Shown: positions 27,125 through 39,109, numbered from the whole stretch's first letter. The stretch: 50,355 bases of DNA, filler included, from Catajapyx aquilonaris (GCA_000934665.2; 3 parts of 3 records of this genome joined end to end with filler, not necessarily neighbours in it); one strand, 5' to 3'. A program made the numbers and translations. Notes: generated from the letters alone by a model not told the origin.

Positions 27125-27545
27125 TTCGAATTTCGCGTCCAGGTCTTCATCTGCCGGAGGGTTGAAAAGGACCTCTCTGCTGCTGCTGCGGCATTGCTTA
27201 CCGGCAGAGTTGCCAGAACTTGGAGGAGAGTAAAATTAATACAGGCCTCCATCGCCTCTACTGCCGTCCCAGGTATTTTGGCATTGGGTTGATCCTTGCG
27301 CAGCAGCCACTTCTCTCTCCACAGCGTTAGTTCGCCTTGCAGAGACAGGAGTGCAGAAGACTTAAGCTGGTGTGTCACGGTCAAAACATCACTTAGGGCG
27401 AGCAGGAACTGGGGATCACACAGAGCCGCAATGATGGACGTTGCATTCCCAGCGGCCTTGCGATCACGCCACTTCTCTCTTTCTTCCAATGCTGTGATTA
27501 TTTTGGGCAAATCACATGACAATTGTAGCATCCCGTCACATTCAG
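27125..27545 (-). mobile_element. hAT transposase C-terminal (dimerisation) fragment
   Basis: GELTLWREKW...LLQVLATLPVSNA..AERSFSTLRQMKTWTRN. Confidence 0.9.
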
Positions 27546-27559
27546 ATCTTTAATCGAGT

Positions 27560-28175
27560 AGGGACTGGCTTTCGAGGAGCTGGTGTTTCTCAGAGAGGGA
27601 AAAACTGACATTTTTATGATTGCGAAGGAACCTCATGCATCTCTTAAAGAAAGTATGCGGACTCCATGAGGGCCAAATTCCAATATTAGTTTCGGATATT
27701 GACTCAAATAGTGATGTTTTGGCCTCAACACACAAGATCGATACTCTCAAATACAAATAGTCATTGATAATGGACTGCAAATATTAAATATATGACCTGT
27801 GGATACATGGAGCAGTAACAATTTCCATTATTTCAATGAGCTTCGTGAGGCACACCCACACCTCATCAGTTTTATCCTTCATTTTATCTCCAATGAGGAG
27901 AGGATACAGCCTGAGAAATGTCCAGATTTGCCATGGACCCCCAACTGGTCTGTTACAATTGGCAGGAAGTGGCACAGGTTTGTCTTTAACATCTTCAGTT
28001 GAGTAAGGAAAATTTATTGTCAATGCGAAGGTTTAGCTCTGCATATGTGAACCAATGCTTTTTTTTTTTGACAAAATATCCAGTGAAAAGAGCCAAATCA
28101 TGAGCTGCAATACCTTCCAGTAAGTCATGGCCAAGGCACGGTGCTAGGCCAGGAGAGCATACATGATATGCTGCT
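27560..28175 (-). mobile_element. CACTA/EnSpm transposase core fragment
   Basis: PGLAPCLGHDLLEGI, WFTYAELN, QIWTFLRLYPLLIGD...VW and FFKRC...NHKNVSFSLSEKHQ, with frameshifts and deletions. Confidence 0.82.
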
Positions 28176-28668
28176 CCGGCTGCTGCTGTTGAAACTGCGT
28201 CGTAAAATATTTTATGTAGAATTGGGTAATGTCCATCACCCAAGGTGTATGGAGCCATCGCCCTTCGCTGTGCTACCTACGTGCATACACAGTGGAGTGG
28301 TGTACAGAAGAATTAATGAAGACCTCGAAGGTGACAAACACACGGTGAGATTTTTTTATTAGCCCTGTTCATGCGCATTGCGAGCTTATTGGGGGAACAA
28401 TCACATGAGGGAATACGCATAGCAATATGGATGTATGCATAAATAAATAGAACAGTATAAATGGTATCGTACATACAGTATAGGCAACGGAAGGGAGTTT
28501 GAGGGAATGGAACAAAGTAGAAGAAAAGAAAGGGAAAAGTTTGAAATAGGTTTGAAAAGACCACCATGTCAAGGACAATCAATAATTACCGCATAGAAAA
28601 ATTGAAAGTGACAAAGAGGCCATAACTCATGAGCATAACATAACATTATCATAATCGAACCCTCCGTA

Positions 28669-28870
28669 CTAGCAACGGCGGCACAATCTTGACTCCTTTT
28701 TCAGTTGCTTTTCCTTGCGCTTTGTGTTGGCAACTTCTTTCACCTTTTGCTTGCATCCAAAGATCATCCTAGTATTCAAATAAAAGTTGAGTATCAAATG
28801 CTGTCTGACCAGAGCTTGAAACATCAATAGGCCTGAACATTGCAGGAAGTCTCTGTAAGGCAGTTCCAAT
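28669..28870 (-). mobile_element. P-element-like transposase extreme C-terminus
   Basis: LILNFYLNTRMIFGCK followed by a basic tail. Confidence 0.5.
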
Positions 28871-29059
28871 GCATTTAAATTGACTACTGTTGCATGTAAT
28901 TTTGAAAGTGCCTTTAATTATGCAATGAAGTTAGTGACCTGAAGCACTATGTCATCCCGGAGAGCCTGGTCATGAGTGGTCCTGCAAAGTGGTGGAAATA
29001 GAGATCGAACATGTGCCAGGAGGACAGTCCCTGACAGTCTCGCCCTTCAGCGACGGGAG

Positions 29060-29395
29060 TAATTATGTACCCTGCGCATCTCTGTGGTGTTTAGCTGCGG
29101 AAGTTACGTCATTTGCCATCCGCAGGGCGTCGCGTTTGGTAAATTTCTTGCCGCGAGGAGACTGTATGAGTGTTACAGACTGACGGAAGTTCCGTAGAAG
29201 ATGGTTGCTGCATTCCGCTTTTTCCACCGGTGTGTTTGGGCCGTATGGAGAGCACTCCAGCAACCTCGCGTGGACGCTACTGTCACCATCAGCTCTAAAT
29301 TAGGTACATATGGGTCTGCGCCCGAATGAATTTCGTGGGTCACATGTAGCTCTGGATGCACTCACCTATCAATTTGTGGTAGATCAGTCCGTGCA
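29060..29395 (-). mobile_element. Kolobok-type transposase catalytic fragment with a retained intron
   Basis: HGLIYHKLI|gtgagt...ag|ADGDSSVHARLLECSPYGPNTPVEKAECSNHLLRNF (DGDS and ECxNH motifs). Confidence 0.82.
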
Positions 29396-30051
29396 ATGTC
29401 AAAACCCTCTAAGAAAACCTTCTGAGGAAAAAAAACTTTTAGTTGAGTCTGGAATATTTTTTTCTCTACCTACTGTCACGCTACGCAATCCAAAGTGCAC
29501 TCCATTTTTAAGTACACCCACGGCAACTTTTCTTCTCTTGTGTGATTGATCTACATTACTCCAGCTTGCGTTAGGTAGGGGATATGATGACCTTTTCCTA
29601 CTTTTTGTAGAATTGAGGTGCCCGCAATGTTCCAGCATGTTATCTGCGAAGCTGAGGAGGGTAACTGAGAAACACTATCGCGTTTTAGTTGTTAATTCCC
29701 TTGAGCCAACGGGAGCGTTTCTCCCGTCTTCTGATTGCGCTTGAATTTACTAAGCTTGTCCGCCGCAGACGTCATTTGCGTCTGCCCCGGGTTCTCAGCT
29801 GAATCGGCCACGTCGCTGACAGTCAGTTCTCTCGGGTCGACGGCTGCTTGTTCCTGCTCAAGATCGTGGTCTTCTCCCGCCCCGTGTTGTTGTGGGCTGG
29901 TGTTTGTATTGTTGGGTTTCTTCGCCGTGGTGTCCTCGTTCATCGGAGACCATCCTGGTCAAGAAGTCTGCCTCGAAGACGTCTAGTAGCTCACCAATTT
30001 GCGGAAGTGTCACAGACCCCATTTGAATGGGTTCGCACTGGTACTGGGTAG

Positions 30052-30258
30052 TCACGGGTGGGAGTAAACTGGGGAAAGCTTGGCCTTGTCCCGCCCTCTA
30101 AGCCCTCGTATCGGAGCCACGGCCTCCGCAACGGCCTGGTAGGCGTTGCTCCTCTTCAACTTGTTCCTGTAGTCTGGGCTACTCAACGCCCGGAGACAGT
30201 GGTGCAGCTGGTACATCTCCAGAAACCGGATGTTGACTTCAGTCCTAAACTCGGCCAT
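30052..30258 (-). pseudogene. MADF-domain fragment, probably a transposon accessory ORF
   Basis: FLEMYQLHHCL....SPDYRNKLKRSNAYQAVA, truncated. Confidence 0.75.
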
Positions 30259-30384
30259 TTCCGGTCATGAGATGAGCTGTTGGACCTGTGGTGCAGGAAG
30301 AAGTTAAGGAGTACAAACTAGGACTAATGCTCCCCCTTCTCCAGCCAATGGTTCGTTAAGGGATGGCCATGAACGTATTTCCTC

Positions 30385-30515
30385 TTCCTTACTTCTTTTT
30401 CTTCCTTGTAATTTCAATGTGGACTGAGTCCTTGACTGACCTCCACTGTCTTGTGTGGGTTACATACAGCATGGTGCCTTTCCATAAATCTCTCACACTC
30501 AGCTTTTCCTGGTAC
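30385..30515 (-). mobile_element. C-terminal motif of a Crypton-like/tyrosine-recombinase element protein
   Basis: VPGKAECERF, then a frameshift, then RQWRSVKDSVH. The motif was recognised from memory only. Confidence 0.45.
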
Positions 30516-32214
30516 CTTATTATTTTAAATGTTTTTGAGAAAGAATATTCATATGCCGCTCCCCTTATTCCTCATTTGTCCAACGTATTGGTCCTAAAAT
30601 AAAGCAATATGTAACATTCAAATTTTTCGACAAATTTCAGACCATGCGATAATGCCCATAATGATATCTATCGTATGCTTTCATAACATCCTAAGCCATC
30701 ACTGATGTGAATATATGTAAATGTCTAGATGACTGATAGCTTTTTACAAGGTAGCCTATAATACAGGGTGATTCCAAAATAACTTAACATTTTCACAAAG
30801 CCATAATGTATTGTACTAATATATACCCCAATGTGTGTTACCAGCGTATGGTTGGTAGTTACATATTGGGCCTGGTTCCATCACTATACCTTACCTCATG
30901 GCCTTGTATGATATCTTATTTTCTAGCAAGAACCTCTTTGCATTAATCTCAAAATCTTTTCTTCGTGTTTTGATGTCAAGGGCCCTCGTGCTAGCTGATA
31001 TCCTTGCCCTTCTAGGTGATGTCCACAGACCCCTTTCATCCAAATGTTGTGACCTTGTCTCCGTTGCTGCAGAGAACTGAGGCAGAGATCTTTGACTGGT
31101 AATACTGCAGCTCTGAGGCTGTCAAGTCTTTGCTAAAATCATACACAACTATTTTCAGTTTCACATCTGTATCACTTGGTGGAACTGTGGTCCAAAACCC
31201 ACAAGTGCTGTGTGCTGAATCCCTGCTCCAAAACATCAAGGGCATGTTCGTACCCTGTATCCCTCTGTACCGTACAGCATACACAGTTTTCCTCTGGTAC
31301 TCCTGGGTGTTTTTCTAACCGAACGCCCTCTGATTGGTGAATCACATCGGGCAGCTCTTCAACACCTTATATTTTTTTTTGCCAGGTCCAATACGACCAA
31401 TATGGTTATGTATCAATACTGATATGATTGACGATATGACAGCCAGTTTGTATCCAGGTTTGCATTGGGCAACGTGGAATTTTAGTGATCAGAGAGCCTT
31501 TCCTGTCGTTTTTTGGTCTCCATTATTAGTCTCGGTGCGCTAATATATTCCAATTGCTCTTTCTTATGGTTGTGTCCAATATGGACTGAATGATGAATAT
31601 TACACTTGAACGAAGTAGCGATAACTCTGCCACGACAAATGAAATGTGTCGTGTCCTAAACGAATCATATTAATCCTGCAGTAATGGTCTGTAGACATAA
31701 ACATAAATCAGCTCTTTTAACAGTACAACTGCTTCAAGTCTCACCTCATACTCCTGCTCCACGGGCTTTCTGTGAAATTCTCACCAAGCCCTTCGTCACG
31801 CTTGTAGGACATGTAGCGTTCAGAAAGGATGGGACTCGCGTTAATGGAGGCGAGACACGCGTTTGGTTACAGTGGTGAGCTTTGTTAACGCAGTGACTCT
31901 TCAACATCTTCTTACCTTTGCCGTACCAATGCTACTGTAAATATCAATTGCAAATAATAAATTGCAAGGTTTATATTTTATTAATGATGGAGAACGTCCC
32001 TTTAAAATATAATTAATGAATTTTAATGGCTGAAAATGTTTAAAAAAAAAAAGTGTTGGTGAAGGTCGCCTATCTGTTGCCTAACTTATATACGACATGT
32101 TGCACGGGCCCATCCTCCAATTATGATTATTTTTTTTCTAGCCACCTTCCACACCTCCTCTACATGTTTATAAAGTGTATGAACATAATTATGTATCAAT
32201 CATTAGTTTTCACA

Positions 32215-32380
32215 CTTACATATCCATTACCATCAACACCTTTGAGTGATGGGAATGTAGCTATGATACCCTCAGCTAGCTGAACTTTCTGGGCTGCTGT
32301 TGGAAACCAACCAGATTGTGATGTCAGCTGCCCTACAAAGTGCTCGTTCAACTTTTTTCCTCGTTGTAGGTCAGTTGGCA
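32215..32380 (-). mobile_element. SAMD3-like accessory ORF fragment of EnSpm-type elements
   Basis: FPTAAQKVQLAEGIIATFPSLKG..GNGY followed by the donor gtaagt. Confidence 0.6.
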
Positions 32381-32519
32381 ATTATCCTCCAGTTTTTTTT
32401 AGTAAATCGGGGTAATGTCTCTTCACTAGAGGAATGATCACTGCAGTTAGTGACCTGAAGCATTGCAAGTTCGAAAAACTAACCCCGTAGTTGATAATGT
32501 AGAAAGATAATCTTACATA

Positions 32520-33170
32520 CACAAGCCGGTTGCATGGCGTCCAAGGTCGTCGCTTGCACACATCCCTTTGCCTGCTTGCGGTGAGACGCTTACTGCGCTC
32601 CGTCTCCCACAGTTGCGTGCGGAATTGTGCCTGAGTGGCGACTTGCAGGTCTTGGCGATCGCTGTCACTCAGTGAAGACAGACCGGGAAGGAACGTGTCC
32701 TTCTCCGTCTCCTAATTTTTAATCTCCGGGAGAGGGTCGACAACCAGGGGGTCATCCTCGCACTCATCCGTGCCCGCGACCGCGCCATAATCTTTGTTGG
32801 GGTCAAACAACTAGAGTTTCCTCCTAAGCTCCGGGAACAGTGATCTGCACTGTCGGTCTCTCTGGCCCTTTGCTATTTCAAATAGGGAGCTGGAACAAAG
32901 CAGACAAAATACACTTGTATTCGTCGCAGTTTTTCTGCGGCCCGGGATGATGCCTGGTGGGAAAACATGCATTAACGTACCGTTGGGGCTTGCGCCAATC
33001 ACTTTGCGCAACACGGTGGACAGGAAGCGACCACTTGTGTTCCACTTCACAGTGCTGCACGAAGCCCGCAAGTCAAACTGTCCCCGCTGAGAGTAATTCA
33101 TTCGCTTTCCGTTCAGGAACGTGGCAGTGACGTTGTTGAGAACCTCGCACGGATTGTTTTTTTTACAAGC
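32520..33170 (-). mobile_element. Kolobok transposase C-terminus running into a YqaJ N-terminus
   Basis: NNPCEVLN....FLNGKRMNYSQRGQF..R......NTSG....IGASP, then DYG...TQAQ....WETERSKRLTAS....CKRRPWTPC. Confidence 0.75.
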
Positions 33171-33183
33171 TGTATCAGACTAC

Positions 33184-33428
33184 CCCAGCTAACACAAATT
33201 GCTCCCAAAGATGTGCACAGGACGTCCCAAACGTCCCAGCCGAACATCCCTGGTTCATCCCATTGTCATCCCAAATTTTTCTTGGGACGTCCCTGGGATG
33301 CCAAAATGTCACACGTTTCAATCCCCCATGGACATGCACATGAGGTCCTCGTGGGGCCTACGCAGGACCCTCCTGGGATGTACCAGGGACATCTCATGCA
33401 TATCCCTCCTCGCCCTATAACCCCCCCC
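33184..33428. mobile_element. Second CACTA/EnSpm-like terminus
   Basis: CCCAGCTAACACA followed by GGACGTCC/GGGATG/CATCCC subterminal repeats. Same orientation as the terminus at 17980, and it runs into the gap. Confidence 0.6.
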
Positions 33429-33528
33429 NNNNNNNNNNNNNNNNNNNNNNNNNNNNNNNNNNNNNNNNNNNNTTAATTAATTAANNNNNNNNNNNNNNNN
33501 NNNNNNNNNNNNNNNNNNNNNNNNNNNN
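33429..33528. other. Artificial contig spacer
   Basis: 44 N + TTAATTAATTAA + 44 N. Confidence 0.95.
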
Positions 33529-35368
33529 GGGGGTTGAGCTGTTTAACAATGAGATGAGGGGAAGTCGGCAGGAGGAAGGCGGGAGTGTGGCTGTCATGTC
33601 TCAAGGTGACGGAGCGGCAGACAGGAACCGACGGATCCTGCCGTTCAAAAGCGGACCAACATCATTCACAAGGCGTGGTAAACAGGTGGGGGGTTGGTCA
33701 CAGTCAACAATGAGGTACTGCAAAACCAATGCAGACTACGCTTCAGATCAGATTTTGCGGAGACAACGAGCAGGACGCGCCATTCGGATTTTTCGTGACA
33801 TCGCTTTTGTTTTCGTTTGCTTCTCGTTTCCGGCTGAGCCGCACGTAATTGCACCCAATGTGAAAATAACATTGCACAAACTCCGATGGCTTGTTGGCCA
33901 ACCGTGAATACTAACGAGGCGACAGAACGTTCTCTGCTAGGTAGCAAATGCAGAAGCTACTGTCTATAGAAAAATAATATTGCTGTAATAATTATAATCT
34001 GTAATGAAACAATGGCATATGCGTGGGGGCCATAGGGTGCCCGACAAGGCTTTAGCTTTATTCCCATAGCCTCAATTAGTCTAATTAGATAAGGAATCAA
34101 ATTTCACCCTTAGGGCTTAGTTGTCAAAGCTCACGTAAGTGCTACCCGAAGTTAAATCTCCAATTAGGGGAAAGTTGCCCCTCCACTAAGTACAACATTT
34201 AAACGGCCCTAATTAGTCAATGTGTCGAGACAATATTATGAAAATGCTCTGACATTCCACAGAGTCGCATTACACAAATAGGATGCTGACATCCTATTAG
34301 TGCTTAGGTTTAGAACCACAGTCTCAGATCATCATGATCTGAGAATGCGGTTCTAAAGCTTCCTCAATTAGCAGTATTTACCGAAGAGAAATGCGTCATA
34401 GGCGTCAAGGTCGACGATTAGGTAACATGTCAAGTTTAGGGCTCCATAAGAAACTCACCCCACATTTCTCCAACCATCACCCTTTTTATTATTTTATTAT
34501 TCACATCCTTATAATAATGATGAACCGTACAGTATAGTATACAAACACGATTATGCACAGCAGAACTCAGCCCCTGAGAGAGCGGCAATATCTGAGGCAT
34601 CTACACGCACGGGCCATCTAACTCCCAGGATGAATCTCAGGACTGTTTCCTTTCCAAGTCCAATGCATGTATGATTGGCCTGCTATATTGATGTAGGCGG
34701 CCATTTCTGGTCCGTTAAAATGTGGACACACGGATATTGCAATTTATGCATTCGGTCATCAGGATGATCCCAGTTTCCACGTTATAACCGCACCTGCTCG
34801 ATCTGAGGAACACATGTAGTGTACAAAACGTGGCGTACAGTACATGTTCACGCCCTGGATTTCCACCACAGAATATCCTAGTTCGATGCAGGTGATTTCT
34901 CATGTGGGAAAAACTGGAGTTGTTTTGATTTCTTACGTACAGGCACGGAGATTCTGTAAGCCCAGCTGTATATTATTTTATCACGGGTACTATCGGGTTC
35001 AATTACTTTTTCCCACTTTATCATGGTCTTGAAGCAACCCTTCACACATACGCACCTCCTTAACGTGGGGTCTGTGCGAAGGATTGCTGCAAGACCAGGA
35101 TAAAGTGGCCAAAGTATTCGAACCCGACAGACAGTACATCGACAAAAAAAAAACAATTAACTAGTTCAAATTAGAATCAAGAAGCTTGTAACTGATCTAG
35201 ATCCGGTACATGGTATTTGGTTTCTAAAAACAGCATCGCCAACCCCGAGATCAAGCTGATCATCTGTGTACAGTAGTCTATGTCAACAAGGAGGACTATA
35301 TTATGTCGGTACATTCGAGCACTTTTATTGATGATAAAAGAATTCATGTTGATCTGCAATCAGGAGAT

Positions 35369-35651
35369 GGGGACCGCAAGGTGGTGTAGTGGTTAGCAGC
35401 CACTTCCTATAGTCCTATACCATTTCTGTGGTCCCGAGTTCGATCCCCATGTCGATCAGAGGATTTTCTCACGTAGAGAGTGTTTCGAGAGGTTCTTCTC
35501 CGTGTTCGCGTGGGTTTACTCACGGTTCTCACGCCCCCCCCCNCTCGCAATCTAAATCCGTTATCATTAGTAGTCTATATGAATGGACAGATTCGGGTAT
35601 GAAAACAAAAATAAGTAGCCTTCAAGAGGTCACAGCGCGGCCTATTATGAG

Positions 35652-35722
<71 letters not shown>
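35369..35722 (+). mobile_element. tRNA-derived SINE with a (TAA)n tail
   Basis: A box TGGTGTAGTGG at 35382-35392, B box GAGTTCGATCC at 35436-35446, and a 3' (ATA)n microsatellite at 35652-35722. Confidence 0.8.
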
Positions 35723-38700
35723 TCTCTCGAATATTCCTTTGACTAACTCATCAACGAAACTGCTCTCACCATAAATAAGTCAGTAGCACAATATTTCAAA
35801 ATGAGGTTCAGTTGTGATATTGGGGACACTAATGAGTATACAGCGTCTGTAGCCTACTCTGCCCACATAGGACTACTATACTGCAAAAACGTGTTTGATT
35901 CCCTACATAATCAAACACGTTTTTGCAGTATACCACTGATGTAGGGGAAAGCATACCTCATAGTGATTGGCCACTTTCATCTATTGCTCTTATTTAGAAG
36001 ATCTATTGTAACAGTTGAACATATTTAGAGATATGACAACATAGTGATCATACTGCAGATATTTGTCATTTAATGCCACTTTTATAACTATGATACAAAA
36101 GATGAGAAAGAAACAATCTTTTCATATTTTGTGTGCATTGCTTCTGCACACATACGATTTTGATAAGTAACTCATGCCACCAAAAACTCTCGTGATTTTT
36201 CCGATTCGACCAAAATGGTCAGAGTCATCTAGAACAGCCAGATCCGTGGACATTAAATGCATTTCCGTCCCTTACAGGTCAATAACAACGCACTGGCCCT
36301 TCCACAAAGAACGAAAAAAGCACCTGTCGGAATACTTTTAATAGGCACAGACGTGTGGCCAGTAAAAGCCTATATATATTGTGATTGCTCTTTTGACATA
36401 TCAGATCGAGTCCTTTACATTAAATCAACCAAAAAATGGCCTAATAAATTCTTTTGGTGATTATTAAACTGGTGGTCAGTCACTGTCACCTATAACATGC
36501 GTATCACTATACATTTTGCATTTATTTTAAATTCATTTATGAATATTAATAGGGCTACTATAATATATGTGGTAAACTGACTTTCACCATCAAGTGTGAC
36601 ATACAACTCATATTTATTAAAAATTTAAATTACATAATTAACTCATACAGTATACTAAACAAGTAAACATATTCATTAAGTGGCCAATAACAACAGCCGA
36701 CTTTCCCCTATACCCCTAACCATAGTTTGAAATCTCACTCGATGTTTTATCTGCGCAATTGACGAAAACATAATTACAGCAATAATCGGGTAATTACCCC
36801 ACACTGCCTCGCTTTTTTTTGTACCATCGCTCCTCCCCAGTTCACGGCCACCCCGTCAGGCCAGGACCGGACCTCGTCTAAAGATGTCCTCCCACAAACA
36901 CCCGTACCAAGCACCACATGCCCACCCAAACCCCCATTTAAAAAAAAAAAAAAACATCCAATCGATCGAATACCAGTCCATCTAACCATACCTTGTCCAC
37001 TACCCCCAAAGTATAGGCGCGAAATATCGTCACCTAATTGACGTCCAGACGGATGACTGTACCTATATGCATGGGATCCACGCACCACCACCCCCTAATT
37101 GAAAACAAGACCACATCTTCGTCTTCTCACCCTTCTCTCTTTTTTATGTCTTTCCCGCCCACCCATCCCTGGGAGGAGCCTCAAGTCTGGAGATATGGCT
37201 CCCAGATACAGGTCTCCGGCCCTTCCCTTATCGTTGCTAATTATCGCCAACTTGTAATGCATTTCTAGCTCTATCGCCACCATTTGCGGCGGGAGATGAT
37301 GGAAGCTTTTTAATGGACGGACAATTTATACCCGCGAGGAGGGGGTGGGGAACCTTTAAAGAAAAAAAAATTATTCGGCGCGCCTATCGTGTGCATCTTA
37401 ACTGTGTTTTCCCAAGTTGGCAGATAAATTGGGTGGCGGCAACGGAGCGCGGAAAGGTAAGATTCCTTCTCCCAGGTGACAAATGGAGGGTATAAATGCC
37501 GTCGGGGATGTCCCCGATAAAAAGCATACGCGCGAGCGAACTGACACACACACGCGGACGTGCGCGCGCACACACACACACAAAACTGGAAGAATATTTT
37601 GTTCAAAATGGTTCATTCATTCTTTTTTTCTCTCTCTCTCTTTCTTTTGAAAAACCCTGAGGTTAGGAAGCGACAGCCCTCCAGAAGGGAAATGGACTCG
37701 GAAGAAAAGGAGGCGTTTGCACTCTTGGACTTGTAGCCTGGCGCTCATGAAGAGTGTCGTAACAAGATTTTCTCGCCATTCGTCGTCGCCAGAGGCCAAA
37801 TCGGCCCATTTTCAAGTCAAGAACAAAAAAGAACTCCAGCGACGAAAAGCGAGGATTCTACCATTGACTATACGATATGCCCTCCCTTTGCAACAACAAT
37901 ATAAAATCAAATAGACGAAATAGTGCATGCCGCACTACTTTCACAAATAGTTGTTCATCGTAACACAATTTCAATATATTAAAATGCAATTTAATTTTCA
38001 ACAGAATTATGCCCAAAAATAGTCACTAACTTATACTACTTTCCCAGAATTCATCATAACATAATAGTCAATAATGATTTATGAATAAAAATAAGTTACT
38101 TTTGAAATTTAAACGATAAGTGTAGCCCAATCTTGCGACTGAGCCAACTTCATATAAGTGATTAATTTGTCCCCTCTGCCTTGGGTTATTAGTTACCAAG
38201 TTTAAGTGACAATGACTGATTTAATGCTTCTCAGAATTTATCAAGCTACTGTAGCTTCTTTAGTAGACTATCGTTCGATCAATTTGTTAATTTTATGTTG
38301 TAGCCGTCAGCATTGTAACTGGCGCCCATTTTTTTGAGCGCTTTTCTAGTTTCACCAAATAACCCAAGTTAATTGAAAATAAGAATTGCGCAAAATACAA
38401 AGCACAATCACACACCAATTCGACGACCGAAATCTAAACTCTGTACAGGGTAATCTTCAAGCAACCATTTATGCAGCGTTTATATCATGTGCCCGGAGTC
38501 ATCAGAATCTTGACATTAATTGGGATTATCTAATATTAGACGATGTGCGATAAAAAAGAAGAGGGATATACATCTTCTGCGACTGCATGCACGGTACCGG
38601 CAGTCAGCGGACCACGCAGTAAACAAAACAATTGCCGGAACCGTACGTAGACTATTAGATTGTTCCACACACCTACTCGGTTACTGGCCAAATATGATAG

Positions 38701-39109
38701 GGGAGACACTCGTTCTTTCTTACAGCATCTGACAAGTGAGCGCCATTATCCGCAGTGCAATCCTTATTAAACATGCCTCATAAAAATCAACAAAACCCGA
38801 GCGATGCACCAACCGAGTCCACCAGCCTCTGCAACTAGTGGCCCTCCTGCCCGGGTTGCTTCAATAGTTCTGCAGGGCAATAATAGACAAATAGTAGCGG
38901 CCAAATAATAATAACAATAATAATCATAATAAATATAATATGCAATATATTCGTTATATAATATTATTGTATACATTATCTATTTTATTTTATTTGTTAA
39001 TTATTTATTTTATTTATTTCACCCCGTGATAATAGGGTGGAGCCATTTTAGGGGGGTGGCATACCACCATTAGTTTTCTTCGATTTTTCTGACTCTTGCT
39101 TCACACATG

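Noticed and set aside
35369..35450. tRNA genes here and at 39230-39311, 43010-43080 and 44885-44950
   Set aside because: A and B boxes are present but there is no full cloverleaf, and they continue into SINE bodies and tails.
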